DNA from: Desulfurivibrionaceae bacterium
GTDB lineage: Bacteria; Desulfobacterota; Desulfobulbia; Desulfobulbales; SURF-16
Assembly (NCBI GenBank): GCA_046537975.1
Contig: JBKHJR010000004.1
Span: 556-64,555 of the forward strand
DNA: 64,000 nt
Direction of reading: 5' to 3'
Notes under the pieces: model-generated
What the model saw: only the letters and a program-made list of their open reading frames with translations
What the model was told of the DNA's origin: nothing
Database searches by the model: none
Program-made: the position numbers and the translations under genes
Part shown: piece after piece, positions 44,156-53,913 of the stretch
Numbering within the stretch: the stretch's first letter is position 1
How the letters are laid out: every line of letters starts with the position of its first letter

Positions 44156-46177
44156 TTAACTTTTAGACATAGCCTTTTTCAGAGAGGGGATACCACCGTT
44201 TTCTACTTCCAGAAACCTGAGTCTGTCTTTTCCCAGACCCATCTCCTCCATCTCCCGGTTCAGCCGGGAAACCCTGCGCTCCATAAAATCGTGGGTTCCG
44301 GGATGCCGCTCATCTTCTCCTTTACAGACAGCTACCATCACTTCCTCGGCCCCTCTCTCAAAAGCAGACAACAAATCAGAGACATCAAGTCGGGCCAGGC
44401 TGGAAAGGTATATCTCCACAACATCTTTCAGGCCGATGTTTTCCCTGCCCTGCCATTGCGCTTCCGAGGCACCATGACCGCAGATATAGGCAACAGTCCG
44501 TGATTTACCCGTCCGGGATTTTTCTTCTAATTCCTGCTCTACTCTTTCCACTTCCTTGTTGCCCAGGGTAATGGCCCGGGCCGGACACTCTGTAACGCAA
44601 ATACCGCAGGCCTGGCAGCGGACCTGATCAATATGGGCCACGCTGTCGACATAAGGAGCACCAAAAGGGCAGACCCGGACACAGGTCAGACACTTGACAC
44701 AGCGGCCGGGAATAACCTCGGCTCCATTACCGCATTCCAGGCAGCGATGGGCCTCAGGCAGAGCGGTTTCTGCTGTAAACCCAAGCTCAAAGGGTGCAAA
44801 AGTATTCTTCCTCTTTTCCGGAGGCAGAACAGGCTGTTCGTTTCTCTTTATTCTTGTCACCCTGCCCCCTGCCTCATCATCTATCCTGTCAACTACCTGG
44901 GGAAGGGAATCATATTCAGCCAGGTCAACCGCCCCCTGGCTAAGATACTGATCAACTGCCTCAGCCGCCCTTTTTCCGCTGGCACAGGCCTCAACCACGG
45001 AGCCCGGCGGGGTTACCGCTTCCCCACAGGCAAATACCCAGTCCAAATTGGTCATATGGGTCTCAGGGGAGAAGCTCAATCGGTTGTACTGATTCATCTC
45101 CAGGTCGCTGCCTTTACGAAAACCATCGTCCAGGGCCTGACCTATGGCAAAAACAATGGTATCACAACTGGTGGTATCCAGCTCATCTTCAGCAAATTCC
45201 GGGGCAAACCGCCCCTCTTCGTCAAAGACCCTGGTTACCTTTTTATGCTGCAGACCGGAAATTGAACCGTCATCTGCTATCTGTACCGAGCCCGGGCCCC
45301 GGCGGTTTATAATTTCTACTCCTTCTTCCCTGCACTCCTCAATTTCCCAGTCCCAGGCCGGCATTTCCTCCCTGGATTCCAGGCAGATCATCCGGACCCG
45401 CCCGCAGCCGTAGCGAACCGCTGATCTGGCGGCATCACAGGCCACATTTCCTCCCCCGATCACCAGAACATCATCACCTACATCTATCTCCAGTCCATTG
45501 CTCACCGACCTCAGAAAATCCAGGACCCCGTGGACTCTGGGATGATCAGTACCGGGCAGAGGCAGGATCCGGCTGTTGCTCAGACCGGTGGCGATTATCA
45601 CTGCCTGATATCCCTCATCTGCAAGATCCCGGACAGTCTTGTCCTTACCGATTTCCACCCCTGTTTTCAATTCGATATCATGGGCCAGGATCCAGTCTAC
45701 ATCAGCCCTGATTGCTTCCCTGGGAAGGCGGTAGGGAGGAATAATCTGAACGGGTATACCGCCGGCGGCTTCATACTTTTCAAATATGACCGTTTGAAAA
45801 CCGCGCCAGGTAAGATGGAGAGCGGCACTCATGCCACTGGGACCACTCCCCACAACAGCCACTTTTCCTCTATCCAGGGAGGCCGGTTTGTTCACTGTAG
45901 GTTCCGGTGTCTGCTCCAGGGTAAAACGTTTGAGCTCCCTGATTGCCACGGACTCGTCCACGTCCCTGCGACGGCAGTTGGCCTCACAGGGATGATGGCA
46001 GATTCTGCCGCACACCGAGGCAAAAGGTAGACTCCTGCGGATAACATCAGTGGCCTCAAGATACCTGGCCTGGGAAATATGATGTACATACAGGCGGACA
46101 TCGGCATTTGCCGGACACCCGTTCCGGCATGGTGGCCACAAACTGTCGCGATTCTGAAGCTCTTTTTGTTTGGTCAT
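44156..46177 (-). CDS. GltD/NfnB-like NAD(P)H-dependent FAD oxidoreductase fused to 2x[4Fe-4S] ferredoxin and an MvhD/FlpD-like C-terminal domain
   Basis: N-terminal Cys clusters (CRNGCP..., CGRICHHPCEANC). KVAVVGSGPSGMSAA and VLVIGGGNVACDAARSA dinucleotide folds. CVKCLTCVRVCP and CQACGICVTECP. C-terminal VAYICGHGASE...VMVAVCKGEDERHPG resembles MvhD. Confidence 0.8.
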   Translation of the reverse strand: MTKQKELQNRDSLWPPCRNGCPANADVRLYVHHISQARYLEATDVIRRSLPFASVCGRICHHPCEANCRRRDVDESVAIRELKRFTLEQTPEPTVNKPASLDRGKVAVVGSGPSGMSAALHLTWRGFQTVIFEKYEAAGGIPVQIIPPYRLPREAIRADVDWILAHDIELKTGVEIGKDKTVRDLADEGYQAVIIATGLSNSRILPLPGTDHPRVHGVLDFLRSVSNGLEIDVGDDVLVIGGGNVACDAARSAVRYGCGRVRMICLESREEMPAWDWEIEECREEGVEIINRRGPGSVQIADDGSISGLQHKKVTRVFDEEGRFAPEFAEDELDTTSCDTIVFAIGQALDDGFRKGSDLEMNQYNRLSFSPETHMTNLDWVFACGEAVTPPGSVVEACASGKRAAEAVDQYLSQGAVDLAEYDSLPQVVDRIDDEAGGRVTRIKRNEQPVLPPEKRKNTFAPFELGFTAETALPEAHRCLECGNGAEVIPGRCVKCLTCVRVCPFGAPYVDSVAHIDQVRCQACGICVTECPARAITLGNKEVERVEQELEEKSRTGKSRTVAYICGHGASEAQWQGRENIGLKDVVEIYLSSLARLDVSDLLSAFERGAEEVMVAVCKGEDERHPGTHDFMERRVSRLNREMEEMGLGKDRLRFLEVENGGIPSLKKAMSKS

Positions 46178-46222
46178 ATTTTTGGGTACTTATAGTTTTA
46201 ATTCAGGGTACGCAGTTCACAT

Positions 46223-47614
46223 CTAACTTGCTGCATTAGCAGCCAGAAACTCCTTTACCTGGTTGACATCGGCATCCAGGACCTGGCAGCGGCTCTCCAT
46301 ATTTTCCAGACCCTGCAGGGGCTCCGGCAGCTCCGGCGGGCCGCCGATTGCCTTTTCCACAGCATCTCCGAACTTGGCAGGATGGGCGGTAGCCAGACAG
46401 ACCATGGGGACCTCAGGGTCTTTCATGGCCAGTCCTCCCTTCACTCCAACAGCTGTATGAGGATCAAGGATATAGCCTGTATCCTGATAGAACTGTCTTA
46501 TGGTTGCCAGGGTCTCCTCTTCACTAACGGATCTTGAAAGAAATTCTTTCCGGACCTTCTCCTGCGCCGATTTTGAGAATTCCAGTTTTCCGGATCTGCT
46601 GAACTGATCCATACTCTTTCTGGTCATTGCCGGATCCTCTCCATAAAGATAGAAGAGGAAACGTTCAAAATTGCTGGCCACCTGTATGTCCATGGATGGA
46701 CTGGAAGTATGGGTCACTTTACTCAAGGAGTAGTCACCGTCAAGAACGAACCGGGTCAGGAGGTTATTTTCATTGGTGACCAAGACCAAATTGCGGATAC
46801 AGTCGGGAACCAGGCACCGGGCAAGATAACCTGCGAATATGTCGCCGAAGTTGCCGGTGGGAACGGCAAAATCCACGGCTTCTGCACCAGCTCTCCTCAA
46901 CTTGAGAGCAGCATAAACATAATAAACTATCTGGGCCAGTATCCGGGCCCAGTTAATGGAATTGACCGCACCCAGGGAAAAACGATCCTTGAAGTCCCTG
47001 TCATTAAATAGTTCCTTAACAATAGCTTGACCGTCGTCAAAAGTGCCGCGGACCGCTATGTTATAGACATTGTCGTCTATAACGGTAGTCATCTGCAATT
47101 CCTGGATACGGCTCACCCGCTGATAGGGATGGATAATAAATATTTTTATCCTCTTCTTGCCTCTTACTCCATAGATCGCAGCACTGCCGGTATCCCCGGA
47201 CGTGGCTCCGAGAATATTCATGCTTGCCCCGCTTTTCTTGAGCTGATATTCAAAGACGTTGCCCAGAAACTGCAGGGCAACGTCCTTAAAGGCAAGAGTA
47301 GGACCATGGAAGAGTTCCAGAATATGGAGCCCCCCCTTCTCAACTACAGGGGTGATCTCCGGATTACGGAAGGTACGGTAAGACCGCTCAATCAGATCCC
47401 GCAGGTCTTCCCCGGGGATATCATCAATAAATAAGGACATGACCTCATAGGCCAGATCCTGATAGGAGAGTTCAGCCCAGGAGGAAACCGTTGACTGATC
47501 GGGACTCGGGACCATCTCGGGCAACAACAGCCCCCCATCAGTCGCCAGTCCCATCATGACCGCTTCCCGGAATGATACCGGGTTTATTCCTCCCCTGGTG
47601 CTTATATATTTCAT
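46223..47614 (-). CDS. thrC: threonine synthase (long form)
   Basis: MKYISTRG..., FHGPTLAFKD (PLP Lys) and GATSGDTGSAA. Confidence 0.92.
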   Translation of the reverse strand: MKYISTRGGINPVSFREAVMMGLATDGGLLLPEMVPSPDQSTVSSWAELSYQDLAYEVMSLFIDDIPGEDLRDLIERSYRTFRNPEITPVVEKGGLHILELFHGPTLAFKDVALQFLGNVFEYQLKKSGASMNILGATSGDTGSAAIYGVRGKKRIKIFIIHPYQRVSRIQELQMTTVIDDNVYNIAVRGTFDDGQAIVKELFNDRDFKDRFSLGAVNSINWARILAQIVYYVYAALKLRRAGAEAVDFAVPTGNFGDIFAGYLARCLVPDCIRNLVLVTNENNLLTRFVLDGDYSLSKVTHTSSPSMDIQVASNFERFLFYLYGEDPAMTRKSMDQFSRSGKLEFSKSAQEKVRKEFLSRSVSEEETLATIRQFYQDTGYILDPHTAVGVKGGLAMKDPEVPMVCLATAHPAKFGDAVEKAIGGPPELPEPLQGLENMESRCQVLDADVNQVKEFLAANAAS

Positions 47615-47997
47615 TCTGATTTCTCTTCTTCTACCTCTATTCTCAGGGCATCATGCCACAACCCTTCCAGATTATAAAACTCTCTCTCATCCCGGTAAAA
47701 GATATGAACTACTACGTCCTGGTAGTCAAGAAGAACCCACATACCTTCGGAAAGTCCTTCAGTTGAGGCTTCCTTAATCCTCTTCCTGCCGAGCTCGGCC
47801 CCAATACTCTCAGCCAGGCCCTGGACATGACGGCTTGAACGTCCACTCATAATGACAAAATAATCGGTCAGGGAAGAAAGCCCCCTCACGTCAAGAACCA
47901 GGAGATCTTCAGCTTTCTTGTCAAGGGCTGTCTGAGCAATGAGATGCACTATTTCAAGGCTTGATTTTTCAGCAAGTTTTTTATTAACCTCTTTCAT
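47611..47997 (-). CDS. rsfS: ribosome silencing factor
   Basis: 128 aa. LVLDVRGLSSLTDYFVIMSGRSSRHVQ is typical of RsfS/DUF143. Confidence 0.9.
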   Translation of the reverse strand: MKEVNKKLAEKSSLEIVHLIAQTALDKKAEDLLVLDVRGLSSLTDYFVIMSGRSSRHVQGLAESIGAELGRKRIKEASTEGLSEGMWVLLDYQDVVVHIFYRDEREFYNLEGLWHDALRIEVEEEKSE

Positions 47998-48584
47998 ATT
48001 GCCTCCAAAAAATCAAGCAGCTGCTCATGCCAGACTTGGGGCTGGTCCAGATAACAGGGATGGGAAGCGTCTTCCACTATATAAAAGGAGGAGCCCTTGA
48101 TTTCCTGGTGGAGGATATGTCCGTTTTCGATAGGAGAGACAGTATCGTTATCTCCCCAGACTATGAAGGTGGGGACTTCTATTTTCGGCAGGGCAACCTT
48201 ATATTCAGAAACCCCCACTGCCCCTATTAATACCAGCCCTCCCACCAGATCCGGATAACTGAGGGCAAATTCAATGGCCAGTTTCCCTCCCATGGAAGGG
48301 CCGACAATCACAGGTTTTTCCAGTTTTAGAGTGTGGATGAAATCAGCCAATACCTGGTCTTTTCCATTGTCGCATTCAGGAGAAGCACCGAAGCCCGGCA
48401 GATCAAGAGCCAGAGCATGTTTGCCTTTTTCCCTTAACAGGTCCAGAGTCCCTAACTCCTGCCAGGTTTCAGCCTTGAACTTAAGACCGTGCAGCAAGAC
48501 AACGTCATTTTCTTCCCCGGGTCCTGATTCGATATAGTGGATAAGGCATTTCCCGATTTCCTCTGTTAAAGACCGACTGCTCAT
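47994..48584 (-). CDS. alpha/beta hydrolase fold protein
   Basis: VVLLHGLKF (oxyanion HG), GPSMGG nucleophile elbow and DASHPCYL (His). Confidence 0.75.
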   Translation of the reverse strand: MSSRSLTEEIGKCLIHYIESGPGEENDVVLLHGLKFKAETWQELGTLDLLREKGKHALALDLPGFGASPECDNGKDQVLADFIHTLKLEKPVIVGPSMGGKLAIEFALSYPDLVGGLVLIGAVGVSEYKVALPKIEVPTFIVWGDNDTVSPIENGHILHQEIKGSSFYIVEDASHPCYLDQPQVWHEQLLDFLEAI

Positions 48585-48875
48585 TAAATAGGATCTCCTT
48601 AGAATAAATACTCGATATAAAGTAGTCTTTGTATAAACCCTGTAACAATATACCTTTTTCCAATTTATGTTAACCCCCTAATTACAAATTTTTTGTAGTT
48701 ACCACCGCCACCCCCTTATCAGAATTATTACCTGAAACCATCTGAAGGCCGGGCTATATCAGATTCCCGGGCTTTATAGCTCTCCTAATTAAGAATCTAC
48801 CAAATTTTGCCGGTATTTTTGGGAATTTTCTATAATTTTCAAGTCTTCGGCTAAGAGGGAATGATAGATAAGCAA

Positions 48876-48903
48876 TTGACTTCTGTTGTCTATGAGGTAT
48901 AAT
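48876..48903 (+). promoter_or_regulatory. candidate sigma-70 promoter for secDF (TTGACT-16-TATAAT)
   Basis: TTGACT at 48876-48881, a 16-nt spacer, then TATAAT at 48898-48903, 54 nt upstream of the secDF ATG. Confidence 0.55.
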
Positions 48904-48956
48904 CCTCTTCTGATTTTTGCTTAAATTTCAAAATATTTTAAAGGGAGTTCAATAGA

Positions 48957-51572
48957 ATGCCAAGTGCGTTGAAATGGAAAATAAGTCTACTGGTATTTCT
49001 TGTTATCTTTTCCGGTATCGCTCTTTTACCCAGCTTTTACGACGATATGCCCAAATGGTGGCAGAAATATGTGACCCCGGGGGGACTGAAATTAGGCCTG
49101 GATCTGCAGGGCGGAGTACATCTGATTTTAAATGTAGACGTTGAGAAGGCAAAAGAAAACGCCTTGGATTTTGCCGCCCAGGATCTTAAGCAGCAACTGG
49201 CCAAAAAGAATATTTCCGGAGTCAAGACTCCTGCCCCTGATTCCAGTAAGGTAGTCTTCACCCTGCCCAATACTGCCGCTATCCAACCTGCCCGGGACAT
49301 TGCTGAAAATAAATTCCCCGATCTGGATATAGAGATCCAGGAGGAAAAAGACACCTTCCCCAGATTAATAATTGGTTTAAGTGAAAAGAAAAAAGAATTT
49401 ATTGAAGAAAATGCAGTCAAACAGTCCCTGGAAATTATCCGCAACCGTATCAATCAGTTCGGTGTCACAGAACCGGTAATCGTCCCCCAGGGTGAAGAAA
49501 ATATAGTTATCCAGCTTCCCGGGGTAAAAGAACCTGAAAGGGCGATAGACCTCATAGGACAAACAGCCCAGCTCAGCTTCAGAAAGGTGGTGCAGAGCGA
49601 AGATATCTCTGCTGCCAAACTGGTTAATGAGGCAATTGAATCAGACAAATGGGAAAGAGGCGAAGACCGGGAAAAGTTAAACGAAGTTTTGAAGCATAAA
49701 CTCCCCCAGGATACCGAAATCTTTTTTGAACAGAAAAAAGATCCCCAGACCGGTAAGACGTACAAGAATCCCCTGATTCTTGAAAAACAGATCCTTATGA
49801 CCGGAGAAATGGTAAAGGACGCCAGGGTGCGGGTAGGAGGCACCTTCAACCAGCCTTATGTAAGCCTTGACCTGACTGGGCGGGGAACAACCGTTTTCGG
49901 CGAAATAACTGAAGAGAACGTGGGACAGAGGCTGGCGGTAGTGCTTGACGACATGGTCCGTTCCGCTCCGACCATCCAGGAAAAGATCATGGGCGGCAGC
50001 GCTCAGATAACCGGCGACTTTACCTACGATGAAGCCTCCGATTTAGCCATTATTCTGCGAGTGGGCGCCCTTCCCGCTCCGGTTTCCATTATACAGGAAC
50101 TTACAGTGGGCGCTTCCCTGGGTCAGGACTCCATCCAGAAAGGGCTCATTTCGGGAGCGCTGGGCGCCGTCCTTGTAGTTCTCTTCATAGTCATATACTA
50201 CCGGATGTCCGGGCTCATAGCCAACTTTGCCCTCCTGCTTAATATAATATTCCTTTTCGCCGCCCTGGCAGCTCTGCAGGCGACCCTTACTCTGCCCGGT
50301 ATTGCCGGCATTATTCTGACCATTGGTATGGCGGTGGATTCAAACGTTCTAATTTTCGAGCGCATGCGGGAGGAGTTTGCCTTGGGCAAATCAACCCGAT
50401 CCGGTGTGATCGGTGGGTATAACAAGGCCTTCTTGACAGTAGTAGACTCCCAGGTCACCACCCTGATCACGGCTCTGGCCCTGTTTCTCTTCGGCACCGG
50501 CCCGATTAAGGGATTTGCGATCACCCTTTCCCTGGGCATAATCTTTAATCTATTTGCCACCCTGTTTGGTACACGGGTAATATATGATTTGATGTATGCC
50601 AAACAAAGGCTTAAGCCTCTCCACTTTCTCAGTATCATAAAGAAACCGAACCTTGATTACCTGAAACTCAGAAAAATAACCTTTACCATCTCTGCAGTCC
50701 TTGTGCTTACCGGCCTGATAGCGTTCGGCCAGATGCTCCGGGGACAGGGGAATCTGGGGGTCGACTTTACCGGCGGCTCTCTGCTTCGCTATAAAGCTGA
50801 AAAACCCTTCAGCCTGGAGAACGTAAGGGACGTTTTTATCGAGCATAACCTTAAAGATGCCGTTCTCCAGCCCGTGCAGAAAGAGAACAGGCTGATTGTG
50901 AAAATCAAAGAAGAAACCGAGACCGTAGGTGATATCAGCTCCTCAGTAACAAAGATGCTGGAAAGCAACATGCCCGCTCATGGATTCAGCCTGGAAAGCA
51001 AATCAGAGATAGGATCCTCGGTCAGTGACATGCTTAAAACCAAAGCTCTTCAGGCTATAGCCATTTCCCTGTTTGGAATCTTAATCTATCTGGCCCTGCG
51101 CTTTGATATCAGCTTCGGAGTGGCAGCCGCCGCGGCAACATTCCATGATGTGTTTGTGATACTCGGTCTCTGCTGGATCCTGGGCATAGAGATCAACCTT
51201 CTTATTGTCACTGCCTTATTAACCCTGGCCGGATACTCCTTAAACGATTCGGTGGTTGTTTTTGACCGTATTCGGGAAAATCTGTTTAAAAAGGATGTCA
51301 ATCTGGATTTTGCCGGGACAATAAATTTAAGCATCAATGAGATACTGAGCAGGACAATTATAACATCTCTGACCACCTTAATTGTCCTGTTCTGCCTTTT
51401 CTTCCTGGGCGGTGCGGTGCTACATGACTTTGCCTTCACCTTAATAGCAGGTATACTGGTTGGGACTTACTCTTCAATTTTCATCGCCAGTCCGATTCTT
51501 CAGATATGGAGATCGGCAGGCTTCCAAAAACAACTGATTGATAAAGATGCCGGGGAGTCCGATGTACAATAA
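48957..51572 (+). CDS. secDF: protein translocase subunit SecDF (single fused polypeptide)
   Basis: 871 aa. The SecD part (…LGLDLQGGVHLIL…, TM bundle) continues without a stop into the SecF part (…GNLGVDFTGGSLLRY…, second 6-TM bundle). Confidence 0.9.
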   Translation: MPSALKWKISLLVFLVIFSGIALLPSFYDDMPKWWQKYVTPGGLKLGLDLQGGVHLILNVDVEKAKENALDFAAQDLKQQLAKKNISGVKTPAPDSSKVVFTLPNTAAIQPARDIAENKFPDLDIEIQEEKDTFPRLIIGLSEKKKEFIEENAVKQSLEIIRNRINQFGVTEPVIVPQGEENIVIQLPGVKEPERAIDLIGQTAQLSFRKVVQSEDISAAKLVNEAIESDKWERGEDREKLNEVLKHKLPQDTEIFFEQKKDPQTGKTYKNPLILEKQILMTGEMVKDARVRVGGTFNQPYVSLDLTGRGTTVFGEITEENVGQRLAVVLDDMVRSAPTIQEKIMGGSAQITGDFTYDEASDLAIILRVGALPAPVSIIQELTVGASLGQDSIQKGLISGALGAVLVVLFIVIYYRMSGLIANFALLLNIIFLFAALAALQATLTLPGIAGIILTIGMAVDSNVLIFERMREEFALGKSTRSGVIGGYNKAFLTVVDSQVTTLITALALFLFGTGPIKGFAITLSLGIIFNLFATLFGTRVIYDLMYAKQRLKPLHFLSIIKKPNLDYLKLRKITFTISAVLVLTGLIAFGQMLRGQGNLGVDFTGGSLLRYKAEKPFSLENVRDVFIEHNLKDAVLQPVQKENRLIVKIKEETETVGDISSSVTKMLESNMPAHGFSLESKSEIGSSVSDMLKTKALQAIAISLFGILIYLALRFDISFGVAAAAATFHDVFVILGLCWILGIEINLLIVTALLTLAGYSLNDSVVVFDRIRENLFKKDVNLDFAGTINLSINEILSRTIITSLTTLIVLFCLFFLGGAVLHDFAFTLIAGILVGTYSSIFIASPILQIWRSAGFQKQLIDKDAGESDVQ

Positions 51573-52314
51573 TTCCAGTGAGTCACCGGAACCGGAAGTT
51601 GAAGAACTTAAGAAAAACGAGATCTTTTACTTCAACTGCCATCCCGGAGTACCCTGCTTCACTGACTGCTGCCGCAAGCTTGATCTGGAGTTGACCCCCT
51701 ACGATGTCCTGCGGTTAAAAAAGCGGTTGGGATTGACCGGCAGGAAGTTTCTCGACCAATACGTGGATATGGTTCAAAATAAAGAGACTGTTTTCCCCCG
51801 CTGTTTTCTCAAGATGGACGACAACGCCGAGGCTACCTGTCCCTTTCTAACCTCTGAAGGCTGCCGGGTATATGAGGACAGGCCGGGAGCCTGCCGGACT
51901 TACCCCCTTGGCAGAGGAGCCTGGCAGGATAAACAGGGAAATTTCCAGGCAGCCTATGTACTGCTAAAGGAGGCCCACTGCCTCGGTTTTACTGAAGAAA
52001 ACCGGCAAACCGTCAAGTACTGGCTTGAGCATCAGTACTTAACTCCATACAATGAGGCCAACGATCATCTGATGACGCTGCTCTATCATCCTATGGTCAA
52101 GGCAGGCTTTTATCCCTCTGAGAGGCAAAGCAGACTTTACATAGAAACTCTCTACTATCTGGAAGAACTGCGTGAATCAGTGAAAGAAGAGATAGGAGTA
52201 AACATGTCAGATACATCACTGTTGAATTACGGTATAAACCTGCTGAAAATGTTTTTTTTCAAACCATCCGGGGAGTGCAGCTGCTGCAGTACCGGGAGTA
52301 ACGATAAATGCTAA
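51538..52314 (+). CDS. YkgJ family Cys-cluster protein (UPF0153)
   Basis: FYFNCHPGVPCFTDCCRKL ... CPFLTSEGCRVYEDRPGACRTYP is the classic YkgJ CxxCxxCC / C..C..RP..C pattern. The start is uncertain (ATG at 51538, 51547 or 51562) and overlaps the secDF 3' end. Confidence 0.75.
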   Translation: MIKMPGSPMYNNSSESPEPEVEELKKNEIFYFNCHPGVPCFTDCCRKLDLELTPYDVLRLKKRLGLTGRKFLDQYVDMVQNKETVFPRCFLKMDDNAEATCPFLTSEGCRVYEDRPGACRTYPLGRGAWQDKQGNFQAAYVLLKEAHCLGFTEENRQTVKYWLEHQYLTPYNEANDHLMTLLYHPMVKAGFYPSERQSRLYIETLYYLEELRESVKEEIGVNMSDTSLLNYGINLLKMFFFKPSGECSCCSTGSNDKC

Positions 52315-53132
52315 TGGTAAAAGCTATAGTCCTCACCGGCTTTGGAACCAACTGTGAAACAGAAATGGCTCATGCCTGCCGACTGGGGGGAGCAGAACAG
52401 GTTGATATAGTCCATATCAGTGAACTTTTGAATGGGGAATACTCACTGGATGACTATCACTTCCTGAATCTCCCCGGGGGCTTCCTGGACGGGGATGACC
52501 TGGGGGCTGCCCAGGCCGGAGCCCACCGCTTCAATTATGCGGAAGTCAACCCGGGCGGTGAACCGCTGCGGGCCCAGATAATGAGATTCATAGAAGCCGG
52601 CAAACTTATCCTCGGGGTATGCAACGGCTTTCAACTACTGGTAAAAATGGGGCTTCTGCCCGGTTTTGACCACCGATATGATCAAAGGTTGGTCAGCCTT
52701 ACCCATAATGAATCCGGCAGATTTGAAGACCGCTGGGCGACCCTCCGGGTGGAGGAAAATTCCCCCTGTGTATTCACCAGAGGACTGTCCGATCTTTACT
52801 ATCCTGTCCGGCACGGAGAAGGCAGACTTGTAACCCGGGATCAGGATACCCTTAACAGACTGAAAGATGATAATCTGATCGTTCTGCGTTACACCGATCC
52901 CCGCTCCGATAACAAGCCCACCATGGTATATCCGTACAACCCCAATGGTTCACCTGCGGCCATTGCCGGCATCTGCGACCCCACCGGCAGAATATTCGGT
53001 CTTATGCCCCATCCGGAGGCCTTTCTCTATCGTACCAACCATCCCCGTTGGACAAGGGAAGAGCTATCTGAAGAGGGTCAGGGTATAGCCTTATTCAGGA
53101 ACGGCATAAACTTTATCAGAGAATATTTGTGA
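52308..53132 (+). CDS. purQ: phosphoribosylformylglycinamidine synthase glutaminase subunit (PurQ-type class I amidotransferase)
   Basis: GVCNGFQLL (nucleophile Cys), RHGEGR and MPHPE motifs. Confidence 0.8.
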   Translation: MLMVKAIVLTGFGTNCETEMAHACRLGGAEQVDIVHISELLNGEYSLDDYHFLNLPGGFLDGDDLGAAQAGAHRFNYAEVNPGGEPLRAQIMRFIEAGKLILGVCNGFQLLVKMGLLPGFDHRYDQRLVSLTHNESGRFEDRWATLRVEENSPCVFTRGLSDLYYPVRHGEGRLVTRDQDTLNRLKDDNLIVLRYTDPRSDNKPTMVYPYNPNGSPAAIAGICDPTGRIFGLMPHPEAFLYRTNHPRWTREELSEEGQGIALFRNGINFIREYL

Positions 53133-53839
53133 ATACCGAAACATCAATGCTGCCTCCGGGACAAAGCCGGCTGGCCGGCTTTTTGCTCGGATTGCAGAAC
53201 AGTATAAAACGGCTGGGTATAACCGTGGCCATCGGCACTCTGGGCCTGTACTTCCTATCTCCCCACCTTTTCAAATTTCTCCAGGACTATCTGCATCAGG
53301 ATCTCTCCTTTTTCACAGTGGCCGAACCCTTTATGGCCCATATCAAACTATCTCTGGGGGTCTGTCTTGTTATCCTCATGCCCTGGATAATATTTATTGT
53401 CTGGCGGGCTCTGTCTCAGCCCTTCGGTATCGACAAAAAGACTTTAGTCCAATACGTCTTTTATACCTGTCTTCTTTTTTATGCCGGCGCTATTTTCTGC
53501 TATCTGGTGACTCTGCCTTTTGGTATTAACTTCCTGCTTGGTTTCAGGTCAGAACAGCTTCAGCCCGTAATCTCCATCGATAAATTCGTAACTTTCATAG
53601 CCATGTTCATCATTTCCTTCGGGGTCATTTTCGAGCTCCCTGTATTTATGGTTTTCACTAACAAATCCGGGCTGATCTCAAGGGAAAGCTTTGAAAGAAA
53701 CCGGCGTTACGCTATACTTGCTATTGCTATTGTCGCCGCCCTCCTGACTCCGACTCCGGACGTTATCAATATGGCTCTTATGGGAGGGCCCCTCTATATA
53801 CTTTATGAATTGGGCATCCTGATCCTGAAGAGAAAATAA
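53129..53839 (+). CDS. tatC: twin-arginine translocase subunit TatC
   Basis: 236 aa, 6 TM. ...FFTVAEPFMAHIKLSL... and ...LLTPTPDVINM... are typical of TatC. A GTG start overlaps the purQ stop. Confidence 0.88.
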   Translation: MNTETSMLPPGQSRLAGFLLGLQNSIKRLGITVAIGTLGLYFLSPHLFKFLQDYLHQDLSFFTVAEPFMAHIKLSLGVCLVILMPWIIFIVWRALSQPFGIDKKTLVQYVFYTCLLFYAGAIFCYLVTLPFGINFLLGFRSEQLQPVISIDKFVTFIAMFIISFGVIFELPVFMVFTNKSGLISRESFERNRRYAILAIAIVAALLTPTPDVINMALMGGPLYILYELGILILKRK

Positions 53840-53913
53840 TTGGTATGTTTATTCAGGAATGGCTATACCAAGCTTCTGTAATCATAGCAATTTTCATAAG
53901 TCTAAAAGTTGAG

